Positions 17,370 through 25,998 of a stretch of 64,000 bases of DNA are shown in pieces; positions within the stretch are counted from its first letter, which is position 1; every line of letters starts with the position of its first letter. Source of the DNA: a virus. Its lineage: Duplodnaviria > Caudoviricetes. Where the stretch lies: IMG/VR virus record IMGVR_UViG_3300005937_000414, positions 4,117 to 68,116 of that record; one strand, written 5' to 3'. The notes beneath the pieces were generated by a model, which was given only the letters and a program-made list of their open reading frames with translations, was not told the origin of the DNA and made no database searches. Made by a program: the position numbers and the translations under genes.

Positions 17370-18315
17370 TGAAAACGAGACTTGATTCAGGGGACTGCCC
17401 TAGGCTTTGTCGGGAGTTAGCTTCCCTTGATTTCGTCCAGTACCGCTTTCAGTTTCGCGGTCATTTCGTCCTCAGGGAAGCTACTAGGTGAGTAGGGACA
17501 ATCGAGATGAATCGTCCCCGTCTCACGTTCGTATTTCACGTTCCACGATCCCCCGTTTCTGCGACCCATGCCGCTCGTGATGGTCATGCCGACTTGATCG
17601 GCATGCATGCACATTGCGACGAACGTCAGACCGCGAAAGCTCGCGGGGGAAACCATTGGACTCCACGCGGTGAAATCCGATCTTTCGTTTTCTTTCTTGA
17701 CGCGAATCACGGTCGTTCGCGGCGACGAAGCCGCTTCCTGAACCATGCCGCTATCTGCCTTGTGCCGGATCGTAATCTGGCAGTCGATCCCGTGCAATTC
17801 AAGCGCAGTGACCGCCCGATTCAGCCAAGTGAAATACTGGCCCAGGATGCGGTGGCCCGTTGTGCAGACCATGCCGATTTCAGCGTCAATCGCCAGTCCA
17901 GGGATTGACTCGGTTTTCGTCCAGTCCAGCATGTATTCATCCTCGCCGTCAAGCGCGAGATCGAGCAGCATTTCATCGCCTTCCTCTGCGATGACCATCC
18001 GGGATTCCTCCCGGATCGGCGGCAGGAAAGTGTCGAAACCTTTCAGTTCCGAGGACTGGTATCCATGCTGTAGCCAGTCCTGCAGTTCACCCTTTGAGAA
18101 GCCTGCCCATTGGGCACGGCTGTAATCGGGGTTTACACACTTTTTCGCTTTCGTCGCATTGGCAGCCCGCTTGAATCCCTTGCGGGATCCCGCTTGCAAA
18201 CTGAGGACTCGTTCCCTCAGGTCTTCCCATTCAATCGTTACGCGGTTTTCATTCTTTTCCATGCTTGATCCTTTCGGTGCCCTTAGGCAATCCCCTGGAT
18301 CAAGCCTCGTTTTCA
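17370..18315. repeat. inverted repeat B enclosing the 281-aa gene
   Basis: 17370-17404 versus reverse complement of 18281-18315: 30/35 identical. Confidence 0.88.
17417..18262 (-). CDS. probable AAA+ ATPase partner (degenerate VWA/CobT-like)
   Basis: Start MEKNEN after GAAAGGA; EEGDEMLLDLALDGEDEYMLDW resembles CobT/VWA-partner segments; adjacent to a MoxR-type ATPase. Confidence 0.6.
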   Translation of the reverse strand: MEKNENRVTIEWEDLRERVLSLQAGSRKGFKRAANATKAKKCVNPDYSRAQWAGFSKGELQDWLQHGYQSSELKGFDTFLPPIREESRMVIAEEGDEMLLDLALDGEDEYMLDWTKTESIPGLAIDAEIGMVCTTGHRILGQYFTWLNRAVTALELHGIDCQITIRHKADSGMVQEAASSPRTTVIRVKKENERSDFTAWSPMVSPASFRGLTFVAMCMHADQVGMTITSGMGRRNGGSWNVKYERETGTIHLDCPYSPSSFPEDEMTAKLKAVLDEIKGS

Positions 18316-19888
18316 AAGTGCACAACACGTCGTTCCCGCTTTGTGAAATCCCCCCGATACCCTGAGGGAATTTCAAGTGTTGCCTAGGGTGAAACTAGCG
18401 CTTGACGTTCCGGTAGGCGAGCAACTCCTCAATCGCCGGATCGATATCGACCCAGATACGACCCATCCGGAAGCGGTCAAGCGTTGCGAAGTCGAGGGCT
18501 TTGCGACCCTTGAAAACGCGATTAGCGCCGCTTCCCCAGGTGTTGGCGGTTGCGGCCGCGATGTAATCCAAATGCTTGTCTACGGTCTTACCCGAAGTCG
18601 TATTGAACATTTGATCGGATTCCATCGCGTTGTTGATCAGGATCAGCATTGAAGCGTCGGCCGAGTCGATTTCATCGAAGTTGAAGAAACCGCCGTTACA
18701 GAAACGATCCTGATACTCGGACGAAACGTATCCACCACCTTCACCCTTCGTGATCGCAAGCAACTGATTCGCAAGCGTCATTTTCAGGTTCGGGTCATCG
18801 GGGAAAAGTTCGTCCAGGTCGCTCCGTCCGAGCAGCGCCGAAAGTGCAATTGCTTGATCGACTCCCGCAATCGTATTGCGTCCGAGCAAGTCGCCACGAG
18901 TAGCACCGGATGACATTGCCGCTTCCCCGTAGGGAAGATCCATGAAATCAGCCAGTTGCTTGACCAAGTGGGACTTACCGGTACCCGCAGGCCCGCAGAG
19001 ATAAATCGGCTGACGGCACTGCGCATACACAAACGCTAGCCCGAACATTTCATGCAATTTCTCCGTCCTACCCGTGTCCTTACGGACAATCGTAGTGGGC
19101 AGATCGAGAGTTTTTGCAATGTCACGGGACACTTGCTTGAAATCGACCTGAGGGATGTTGAAATCCCGCTTTGCACCGTCGGGCCAATCGATGGTCATCG
19201 TGGCCAAACAGGTATCGGCCGAAAGACCGCCAACAGGGATCAGGTTCCCGGCCGCGTTGAACGGGCGGATACTGATTTTGTCGATGTAGCGGTCATCCTT
19301 TTCACGCCGGTCACACTCCACGCGGATTTCACGAGCACGGGCAACGAACTTGTCGAGTTCGCTGACCGCGCGCACTTTCGATCCAGCCTGGGGCTTCGGC
19401 GTTTCCCTTTCGTCCTCAGGTTCGGGTTGAACCTCGATTTCCGGCACGCCCCGTCCGCCATCGAAAACGAAGGGTTCGGGGGGTGTGACAATCGGCGTTT
19501 CCGGAACGGGCGACGGGGAGATTTCCCCGCGTTGCATCGCGTTGTAAATCCGCGAGACATGCTGTTCCAGCATGACCAGTTGCTCCCAAATGGGCTTCCG
19601 CTCGCGCTTCGGCCCACCCGGTACCGGATTCTCCACGTTCGCACTGAAAACCATCGGGGGAGTCTGCGACTCCACGAGCGGCCGCAAAGCAGTGACCGCT
19701 TCCCTTTCGGTTTTTCTAGCGAGGTAGAGATCCCGGATCATTCCGACCTGAGTCGTTGATCCCGCGAGCATGATGCGATTGCGATTCATGTAGTTAGTCC
19801 TTTCGTGACTGAGTGATCCTACGTTTGTCGGATACCTCAGGGGCACGAAGGGATTTCACAAAGCGGGAAACAACGGGATGTGCACTTT
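18315..19888. repeat. inverted repeat C enclosing the AAA+ ATPase gene
   Basis: Exact blocks AAAGTGCACA, TTCCCGCTTTGTGAAATCCC and CCCTGAGG (18315-18367) versus reverse complement of 19835-19888. Confidence 0.9.
18395..19789 (-). CDS. MoxR/CbbQ-type (AAA_5) AAA+ ATPase with long N-terminal extension
   Basis: GPAGTGKS Walker A, FNFDEID Walker B, AATANTWG, LDFATLDRF; start MNRNRI after GAAAGGA. Confidence 0.88.
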   Translation of the reverse strand: MNRNRIMLAGSTTQVGMIRDLYLARKTEREAVTALRPLVESQTPPMVFSANVENPVPGGPKRERKPIWEQLVMLEQHVSRIYNAMQRGEISPSPVPETPIVTPPEPFVFDGGRGVPEIEVQPEPEDERETPKPQAGSKVRAVSELDKFVARAREIRVECDRREKDDRYIDKISIRPFNAAGNLIPVGGLSADTCLATMTIDWPDGAKRDFNIPQVDFKQVSRDIAKTLDLPTTIVRKDTGRTEKLHEMFGLAFVYAQCRQPIYLCGPAGTGKSHLVKQLADFMDLPYGEAAMSSGATRGDLLGRNTIAGVDQAIALSALLGRSDLDELFPDDPNLKMTLANQLLAITKGEGGGYVSSEYQDRFCNGGFFNFDEIDSADASMLILINNAMESDQMFNTTSGKTVDKHLDYIAAATANTWGSGANRVFKGRKALDFATLDRFRMGRIWVDIDPAIEELLAYRNVKR

Positions 19889-20760
19889 TGAGTTTTCAAG
19901 GTTCGGCGCTGGCATGGGGCTAACTGCGCCCGGCCGACCTGGCGGGAGAATCAACCGCGTTACTAGGTTGCATCGCAATTTCAGTGCCCAAACGATCTGG
20001 TGACCATCGATGCGGGGATTTCGAACCGGAGTTTGAAGCCGTCGGGGAATCCCCCGTTCGCGAACGGGTTTCTCAACCGCCAAGTTTTCAATGATCATGG
20101 TGGGGAATCGCTTCCCCGTGGCCCGCTTCAACGGCCGGGCCAGACCACAGAATACCAGTCCTCCTCTCCCCGCGCGAGGGTGCAGGAAAGCGAATCGACC
20201 GTAGGTCAAAACCGCTCAGAAACCCTCGTTTTCATTCATTGTTGCCTGCCCGGACGAACGGGTGTAATTCCCTCTCACGGCCCCACTAAAACCGCCTACG
20301 GTCTTCCAGTCCGGATACGGTCGTTTCCCCGCTGAAAACATTCATTCGAGTCCTCTATTTTCAAAGCCGATCCAAGCGGGCCGAGTATTGAAGTAGGGTG
20401 GGAGAGTAGGGGTGGGTTTGGGAAGTTGGGTGAAAACCTCCAAATCCCTCCAAATCCCCCTGGGCTCACGATGAAATTCCCCCCTGGATACCTCTGTGTA
20501 CCCTCTGGGTTTTCATTTCAGGCCGAATGCGTTTTCAACGCCGGTAACTAACCGACCCCAGGTCTGTTTCAGGGTGTCTATCCTCTAGGTTTTCATTCTG
20601 GATAACCCTCTGCAGATCTCGGGGATTTTCCGATGAAAATCGAGGTTGTAAGTGCTGGCTTACGAAACGTCCGTTCGATTGCAAGAACAGGCTTCGGATC
20701 CGAGATTTCAGTTTCTCTAAAAACGAGAAAACCGCATGGTTGAGCCAAATCCGGGTGATA

Positions 20761-20895
20761 TCACTCTCATTGAGAGTGAAAATGAAAACATGCGATTTGC
20801 AGGGACTTTGTGACCTCGTGAAGTGAACACGTGAAAATGAAAACGAGACGTACCCTGGGGGGCTTTTTGAAACACTGGATTTTGAAACACTGGAT
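20761..20895. repeat. palindrome and short repeats in the divergent non-coding region
   Basis: TCACTCTC-ATT-GAGAGTGA (20761-20779); GTGAAAATGAAAAC twice (20776, 20831); tandem TTTGAAACACTGGAT twice (20866-20895). Confidence 0.75.
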
Positions 20896-21012
20896 TTGGG
20901 TATTAGACCCAGAGTCTGGGCCAACCTGGATCTAGAAAACCACTCTGGGAAAAATTTTACCCTTTTTGGCTTGTTCTGAACACTTCTCGACCGCCTGCTA
21001 CAATCGGCTGCC

Positions 21013-21273
21013 ATGAGAATCGACCGGCAGGAACAGAACGAGATTTCACGGCGGGTCAAGCAGTGTCTTCACGACAAGCGAAATCCGCTTGAAGATCTCC
21101 AAAAGGCTCAAGCAGCCTCGCACCAGCTTGGCAAGAAATTCCGCGAGTCCCGCAACAGGGACGGCACGTATCCCTCCACGATTTCAGACCAGTACGCCAG
21201 ATCTCTGCGCGAAGTGCAGATCTGCGAGCACGTCCTCGAAGATTTCAACGAACAGAAGGTGAGGGCCGCATGA
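21013..21273 (+). CDS. hypothetical protein
   Basis: 86 aa; TGC-TACAAT -10 element 8 nt upstream (leaderless-type start). Confidence 0.7.
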   Translation: MRIDRQEQNEISRRVKQCLHDKRNPLEDLQKAQAASHQLGKKFRESRNRDGTYPSTISDQYARSLREVQICEHVLEDFNEQKVRAA

Positions 21274-21494
21274 TTCGCCTTTTGCCCCTCTACGACAAGT
21301 TTTCAATCGAGCCGGGTGAGACGACGGAGACGCTCAGGCAGCGGCTCATGCAGCGTTGGGGAATCAATTTCACTCTCACGCTGATCGAGACATCGAACAA
21401 CCGCTATCTGCCCCCCGACGAGATCCTGATCGACAGCAGGGAATATTTCATGGTCACGAGCTACGACCTCCCACTGTCACGCACATCTGCGTGA
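21270..21494 (+). CDS. hypothetical protein
   Basis: 74 aa, ATGA overlap. Confidence 0.6.
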   Translation: MIRLLPLYDKFSIEPGETTETLRQRLMQRWGINFTLTLIETSNNRYLPPDEILIDSREYFMVTSYDLPLSRTSA

Positions 21495-21804
21495 CACACC
21501 CCTGCGTGAAGCAAACAAAAAAGGAGGAGGGTTTCTCAAGCCCTCCTCCAACTCCAGCCCCGTTTTCAATTTTGCCTCGACTCCGTACCTCCTTTGAAAA
21601 AAGAGGGAGGCTCTTCTCTGTGAGCCTCCCTCCCGCAACAACCGCACTTCGGAGGCTACCTCCCGGCAGGTACCGTCCGGACTTCCCTGCCGAGAACCAC
21701 CCTTCCCGCCATCTCCCAGGTCAGGCTCTGGGAATCTATTCCGACTCGTAGACCTTGCCTGCCGAAGCGGCTACAATCCTACACGAGCGAACGAAGGAGT
21801 CAAG

Positions 21805-22002
21805 ATGCCACGCAGAGCGTACTCCAAAGGATCGAGGAAGGCTCTGGCCGCAATGAAAAAGAGATACGGTGCCAAGAAGGGCACCAGTGTGTTCTACGCC
21901 AAGGCGAATCGCTACGGCAAGCGGGGAATTTCAAGAGCCAGGAAGGCCAACTCCGTCTACAGCAAAGGCTCTCACAGAGTCAAGCGCAGGAAGCGCAGAT
22001 GA
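21805..22002 (+). CDS. small very basic protein (MKKRYGAKKG...VFYA motif)
   Basis: 65 aa, no acidic residues; TAGACC-N17-TACAAT promoter and AAGGAG SD upstream. Confidence 0.75.
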   Translation: MPRRAYSKGSRKALAAMKKRYGAKKGTSVFYAKANRYGKRGISRARKANSVYSKGSHRVKRRKRR

Positions 22003-22235
22003 TCTTCGGTTTGAAAACATCCACCCAGAACCTTCCGGACGGCTGGACACCGCTCGATGCCATCGCGGTGATCAAGTGTCTCGATGAAAACGGCATTCCT
22101 GCGTTTTGCATCCGTGCGACCGAGACGCTTTCTTCGTGGGAGTCTCTCGGCCTCTTGCAGGCCGCTGTCGATTCGCAGAGGAGCGCGATCATCGACAACT
22201 TCGAGGACGAAGAAGACGATCCCGCAGAAGAATGA
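21999..22235 (+). CDS. small acidic hypothetical protein
   Basis: 78 aa, ATGA overlaps. Confidence 0.7.
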   Translation: MIFGLKTSTQNLPDGWTPLDAIAVIKCLDENGIPAFCIRATETLSSWESLGLLQAAVDSQRSAIIDNFEDEEDDPAEE

Positions 22236-22426
22236 AAAGATGTAACCGCTTTCTCGGCATGGAGAAGATCGCAGACGGCGAGTTCCAGCCCTACTACTGC
22301 CTCTTGCCCAAAGGGCATTCAGGCCCGTGTGCGGACTGGACTGCCTGGCTGGGCGTGCCTCATCCCGACTTCACGACACCAGGAGTGTCATGCAAAGGCC
22401 AAAAACCCCAGGGCTGCCCTTCCTGA
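22232..22426 (+). CDS. small Cys/His protein (CLLPKGHSGPC)
   Basis: 64 aa, ATGA overlap. Confidence 0.55.
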   Translation: MKRCNRFLGMEKIADGEFQPYYCLLPKGHSGPCADWTAWLGVPHPDFTTPGVSCKGQKPQGCPS

Positions 22427-22596
22427 TCTCCGCTCAAACGGTCGGTGCTCAGAAGGCCCACCGCAATTTCATCCAGTTCTACGGTTACGAAGAAGGCAAT
22501 CGAATTTTCTTGCAGAAGGCGGACGAGCAGGGCACAGGCTCCACTCAGAGGAAGCGCGTCAACTCCGTTTACAAGCACGGGGCCAAGCTGAAGTGA
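22390..22596 (+). CDS. small protein paralogous to 21805-22002
   Basis: FYGYEEGNRIFLQKA...RKRVNSVYKHG aligns with RYGAKKGTSVFYAKA...RKANSVYSKG; SD AGGAG. Confidence 0.65.
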   Translation: MQRPKTPGLPFLISAQTVGAQKAHRNFIQFYGYEEGNRIFLQKADEQGTGSTQRKRVNSVYKHGAKLK

Positions 22597-23045
22597 TCGT
22601 CAAGAAGTCCACTACCCAGCGCTTCTGGGCGAAAGTTGAAAAAACCGATACGTGCTGGTTGTGGACAGCTTCCCAGAACGGTATGGGTTATGGGCAGTTC
22701 TGGCATCACGTCGGGAGTGCAACCAGCAAGGGCAAGAAGGTACTTGCTCATCGTTTCGCATACGAGCTACTCATCGGTGAAATCCCCGAAGGGATGACGC
22801 TCGATCACGTCAAGGAACGATGCGGGAACACAAACTGCGTCAACCCTGACCATCTGGAGCCGGTCACGCAACGTGAAAACCTTCTCAGAGGCAACACGAT
22901 TGTTGCGCGGAACGCTGCCAGGACTCGTTGCCCTCAAGGTCACAAGTACACGACCAGGAATACTTACGTCGGGCCTACCGGGGATCGCAAATGCCGGATG
23001 TGCGCCAAGCTGAGCGCACGGCGCAGAAGAGCCTCTCTCCGGTGA
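22593..23045 (+). CDS. HNH homing endonuclease with C-terminal Zn module
   Basis: RFWAKVEKTDTCWLW, LDH...CVNPDHLEPVTQREN, CPQGH...CRMC. Confidence 0.9.
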   Translation: MIVKKSTTQRFWAKVEKTDTCWLWTASQNGMGYGQFWHHVGSATSKGKKVLAHRFAYELLIGEIPEGMTLDHVKERCGNTNCVNPDHLEPVTQRENLLRGNTIVARNAARTRCPQGHKYTTRNTYVGPTGDRKCRMCAKLSARRRRASLR

Positions 23046-23539
23046 GTGAAATTCAGGCTAAGTGGTGTCGCGGGCCGAGCCATGAAGCTCCGGCCATGCT
23101 TCCTGACACCGAAGAGTTTTTTTACTTTTACAAGTCTGGCCCACGCGAAGGAAAATCGCATTCATGGTGTCGTGCGTGCCACTCTTGGAACGGTTTTCAG
23201 AATTCGACGCTCATCGACTGCAAGAAAATTCTTCCCTACGTCCTGGAGTTGGTGCTTCGGTGTGGTTCGAGGGAGGCAGCGGCCAACTACTCCCAAGTTG
23301 CCTGTTCTGCAATTTATCGAATCACCTCCTACGGACAATGCACCGTCCAGGTGGCTACTGCCAGGAAGCTGCTGCTTGCCTTGGATGCCAGGAGGAGGGA
23401 GGATCGAGCAGCGGGGCATACTCCGGAGGCTCTCCTCCAGCATAGGATGAAAATGGCAGATGCAGAGAGGCGCATGGAGATCTCGGCCGAGACGCGTCCC
23501 GTGCCGCTGCCGCCGCCTTCTCACTACTTCGAGGAGTGA
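23042..23539 (+). CDS. Zn-binding/HTH-like hypothetical protein
   Basis: KWC...H...SWCRAC, followed by a helical HTH-like segment; GTGA overlap. Confidence 0.65.
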   Translation: MSEIQAKWCRGPSHEAPAMLPDTEEFFYFYKSGPREGKSHSWCRACHSWNGFQNSTLIDCKKILPYVLELVLRCGSREAAANYSQVACSAIYRITSYGQCTVQVATARKLLLALDARRREDRAAGHTPEALLQHRMKMADAERRMEISAETRPVPLPPPSHYFEE

Positions 23540-23601
23540 GTGAGCTACACTCGTCCTGCTAGCCCACGTCTCCTCGCCGGGGGCTGGCATTCGGGCTGAG
23601 G

Positions 23602-23636
23602 GAGGGCCGGGTGAAAACTCGGCCCTCGTTTTCGTT
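23602..23636 (+). terminator. intrinsic terminator
   Basis: GAGGGCCGGG-TGAAAA-CTCGGCCCTC then GTTTTCGTTT. Confidence 0.65.
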
Positions 23637-23652
23637 TAGACTCGCTCGCAGC

Positions 23653-25350
23653 ATGCCCGTCTCCGCACGGAAAAAGCGCCAGTCCCCTGCCCCCCAGGAG
23701 CGAGCGAGCTTCTCCTCGCTCAAGTCGCTTGCCCGCCCCGATCTGTGGGCGGCCAGTATGGAATTGAAAGTGGATGGACGGCCGTTCAGCCTCATGGGTC
23801 GCGAGTACGTGCGTCAGGTGATTCGCGATTACAGCCCGGAGATTGTAATTCCGAAGGCGGCGCAGATGGCCTTCACGATCACGTTCCTGGCCAAGAGCCT
23901 GCACAACGTGACGGAACGCCGCCTCAACGGCCTCTACCTGCTTCCCGTGAAAACGGGGGCGATTCCGTTCGTGCAGGCCCGCATCGACCCGATCATCGAG
24001 TCCAACGCCAAGCTGTCCGCCCGCTTCTCGGCCGTGGACAACCGCCTGCACAAGCAGTCCATCGACGGGGTGAACTTCTACATCCGGGGTACGAACATCC
24101 TCAGGGAGCTTCAGGAGATCCCCGTCGATTTTCAGATCTGGGACGAGCGTGATCACATGGTCGAGGAGCACCTCTCCGACGCCAGGCATCGCATGGACGG
24201 CTCCGTGTTCAAGCGGCTGATCGTGCTGGGCACTCCGACCGTCGAGGGCTACGGGGTGTACGCCGACGACGGCTGGGACTACTCCGACCAGCACCGCTGG
24301 GAAATCCCCTGCCCCGGCTGCGGAAGATTTCAGGTTTTGAACTTCAACGACACGTCGCTGCCCTACTCGAATTTGAAATTGGGCGACACGGCCGACGAGT
24401 GCGTGCTGGAATGCCCGTTCTGCCACCACGAGTTCTCGGATCAGGAGCGCCCCGGCCTCAACGCGCTGGGCCGCTGGACGCCGTACCACCTGGACGGCCG
24501 CATCCGGGGCTATCACATCAACCAGTTCAACTCGCCCACACAGCCCTTGCGCGAGATCATGGTTGATTTTTTCAAAGGGCAGCGCGAGGCTCGCAAGCTG
24601 AGGAGCTTCTGGAACCAGAACATGGGCCGCGCCTACACGGCGGCGGGCGACAGGATTACACCGGAGCTTCTCGACAAGTGCCGCCAGCCCGGCTATCACA
24701 CGGGCGGCCTGCCCAACTCCTCGCTGGCCGTCGGCATCGACATCGGCACGGTGCTGCACTGCTGGTGCTGGCACTTCGACGCGTACAAGAGGAAAATGCT
24801 GTGGAACGTGAGGATCTTCTCCTCCTGGTTCGAGCTTGACCGCTTTCTGAATTCGCTGTCCTCGTGGGTCGGCGTCATCGACGCTCATCCCGAAAAGTCG
24901 AAGGCGTATGATCTGGCCTTGAAATATCACGGTCGCTTATGGATAGGCTTCTCCGAGGATCGTCCTGCGGCCCACGAGGTGGCGAACTTCTCGATTCTGA
25001 AAATGGGAGAGCCGGGCTACGTGACAATCGACAAGACGATGGCCCTCGATAATTTCATCGGGGACATGATCAACGGGATCACGATCTTCCCGCCCAACGC
25101 ACGCGAGCTTGGCGAGGAGATGCCCAGAAAGCCGTACAACGGGCTGTACCACCAACTCGTGCAAATGGTCAGGGTCGAGGAGGAGAACACGAAGGGCACC
25201 GTCGTGGCCCGCTGGAAGAAGAACCGCAACGCAGACCACTGGCACCACGCCGGGATGTTCGCGACGGTCGCCGCCATCCAGACGCCGCAATTACAGATCC
25301 CGGCCAGCCTTTCTGCCGCCATGAACCAGTCTCTGATCGGGAGTGCGTGA
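23653..25350 (+). CDS. terL: terminase large subunit (lambda GpA-like)
   Basis: IPKAAQMAFT ATPase motif, WDERD Walker B, GTPT, CPGC/CPFC Zn site, GIDIG nuclease motif, DHWHH; start uncertain (23653 or 23758). Confidence 0.9.
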   Translation: MPVSARKKRQSPAPQERASFSSLKSLARPDLWAASMELKVDGRPFSLMGREYVRQVIRDYSPEIVIPKAAQMAFTITFLAKSLHNVTERRLNGLYLLPVKTGAIPFVQARIDPIIESNAKLSARFSAVDNRLHKQSIDGVNFYIRGTNILRELQEIPVDFQIWDERDHMVEEHLSDARHRMDGSVFKRLIVLGTPTVEGYGVYADDGWDYSDQHRWEIPCPGCGRFQVLNFNDTSLPYSNLKLGDTADECVLECPFCHHEFSDQERPGLNALGRWTPYHLDGRIRGYHINQFNSPTQPLREIMVDFFKGQREARKLRSFWNQNMGRAYTAAGDRITPELLDKCRQPGYHTGGLPNSSLAVGIDIGTVLHCWCWHFDAYKRKMLWNVRIFSSWFELDRFLNSLSSWVGVIDAHPEKSKAYDLALKYHGRLWIGFSEDRPAAHEVANFSILKMGEPGYVTIDKTMALDNFIGDMINGITIFPPNARELGEEMPRKPYNGLYHQLVQMVRVEEENTKGTVVARWKKNRNADHWHHAGMFATVAAIQTPQLQIPASLSAAMNQSLIGSA

Positions 25351-25352
25351 AA

Positions 25353-25979
25353 ATGCCTACTCAATATTACAAGTCTCCGGGCACGAGGCCGAAATCGCCC
25401 GAGGCCCGCAACGCCCAGCGCGAGCGCGAGCTTCAGCGTATCCGCCGCAAGTACCGCAAGGGAACGACGCTGGACAAGAAGCTTTTGCCCGGCGAGCGCA
25501 AGCAGATCGAGGACACGGTGATCGTGCTGCGCCTGGCCGGGTACGAGCGCTCGCAGATCTCCAGGATCATCGGAATTTCATCCGATCAGGTCAAGCGGGT
25601 CATGGAAGATCCCAAGACGACGGAGCGGCTCGTGCATCTCAGGGCCACGATTTCACAAGCCGCGCTCGACTTGCTGCAGGGCTACATGATCGAGGCGATC
25701 CAGACCATCGTGGACATCATGCGCATGGCCGACGACGACAAGATCGTGTTGCAGGCGTGCGCCGAGATCCTCGACAGGGCCGGGATCGTCAAGGCGTCGC
25801 GCCAGGAGCGGCTGCAGGTCAACGAGCAGCGCACGACGCTCACGGACGACGGCATCGTGGAGGCGCTGCGTGCGGCCTCGCCCGAGATCCAGGAGCAGGC
25901 CGCGCAGCTTTTCGAGCAACTGGAGGGCTTGCTGTCCGACAACGGCGCTCCTGTGAAAAAGAAGCGCCAGCCTGCCTGA
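25353..25979 (+). CDS. probable terminase small subunit / HTH protein
   Basis: HTH (LRLAGYERSQISRIIGIS) plus a helical ACAEILDRAG segment typical of TerS; placed after TerL. Confidence 0.5.
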   Translation: MPTQYYKSPGTRPKSPEARNAQRERELQRIRRKYRKGTTLDKKLLPGERKQIEDTVIVLRLAGYERSQISRIIGISSDQVKRVMEDPKTTERLVHLRATISQAALDLLQGYMIEAIQTIVDIMRMADDDKIVLQACAEILDRAGIVKASRQERLQVNEQRTTLTDDGIVEALRAASPEIQEQAAQLFEQLEGLLSDNGAPVKKKRQPA

Positions 25980-25998
25980 AAATGAGCGGTAGGCTCAG

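Noticed and set aside
19856-20335. ORFs 19856-20209 (-) and 20000-20335 (+) as genes
   Set aside because: No SD or recognisable motif; overlap a stem arm and probable leader.
23602-23627. TGAAAA motif displayed in a hairpin loop as a special signal
   Set aside because: Equally explained by an ordinary GAAA tetraloop terminator.
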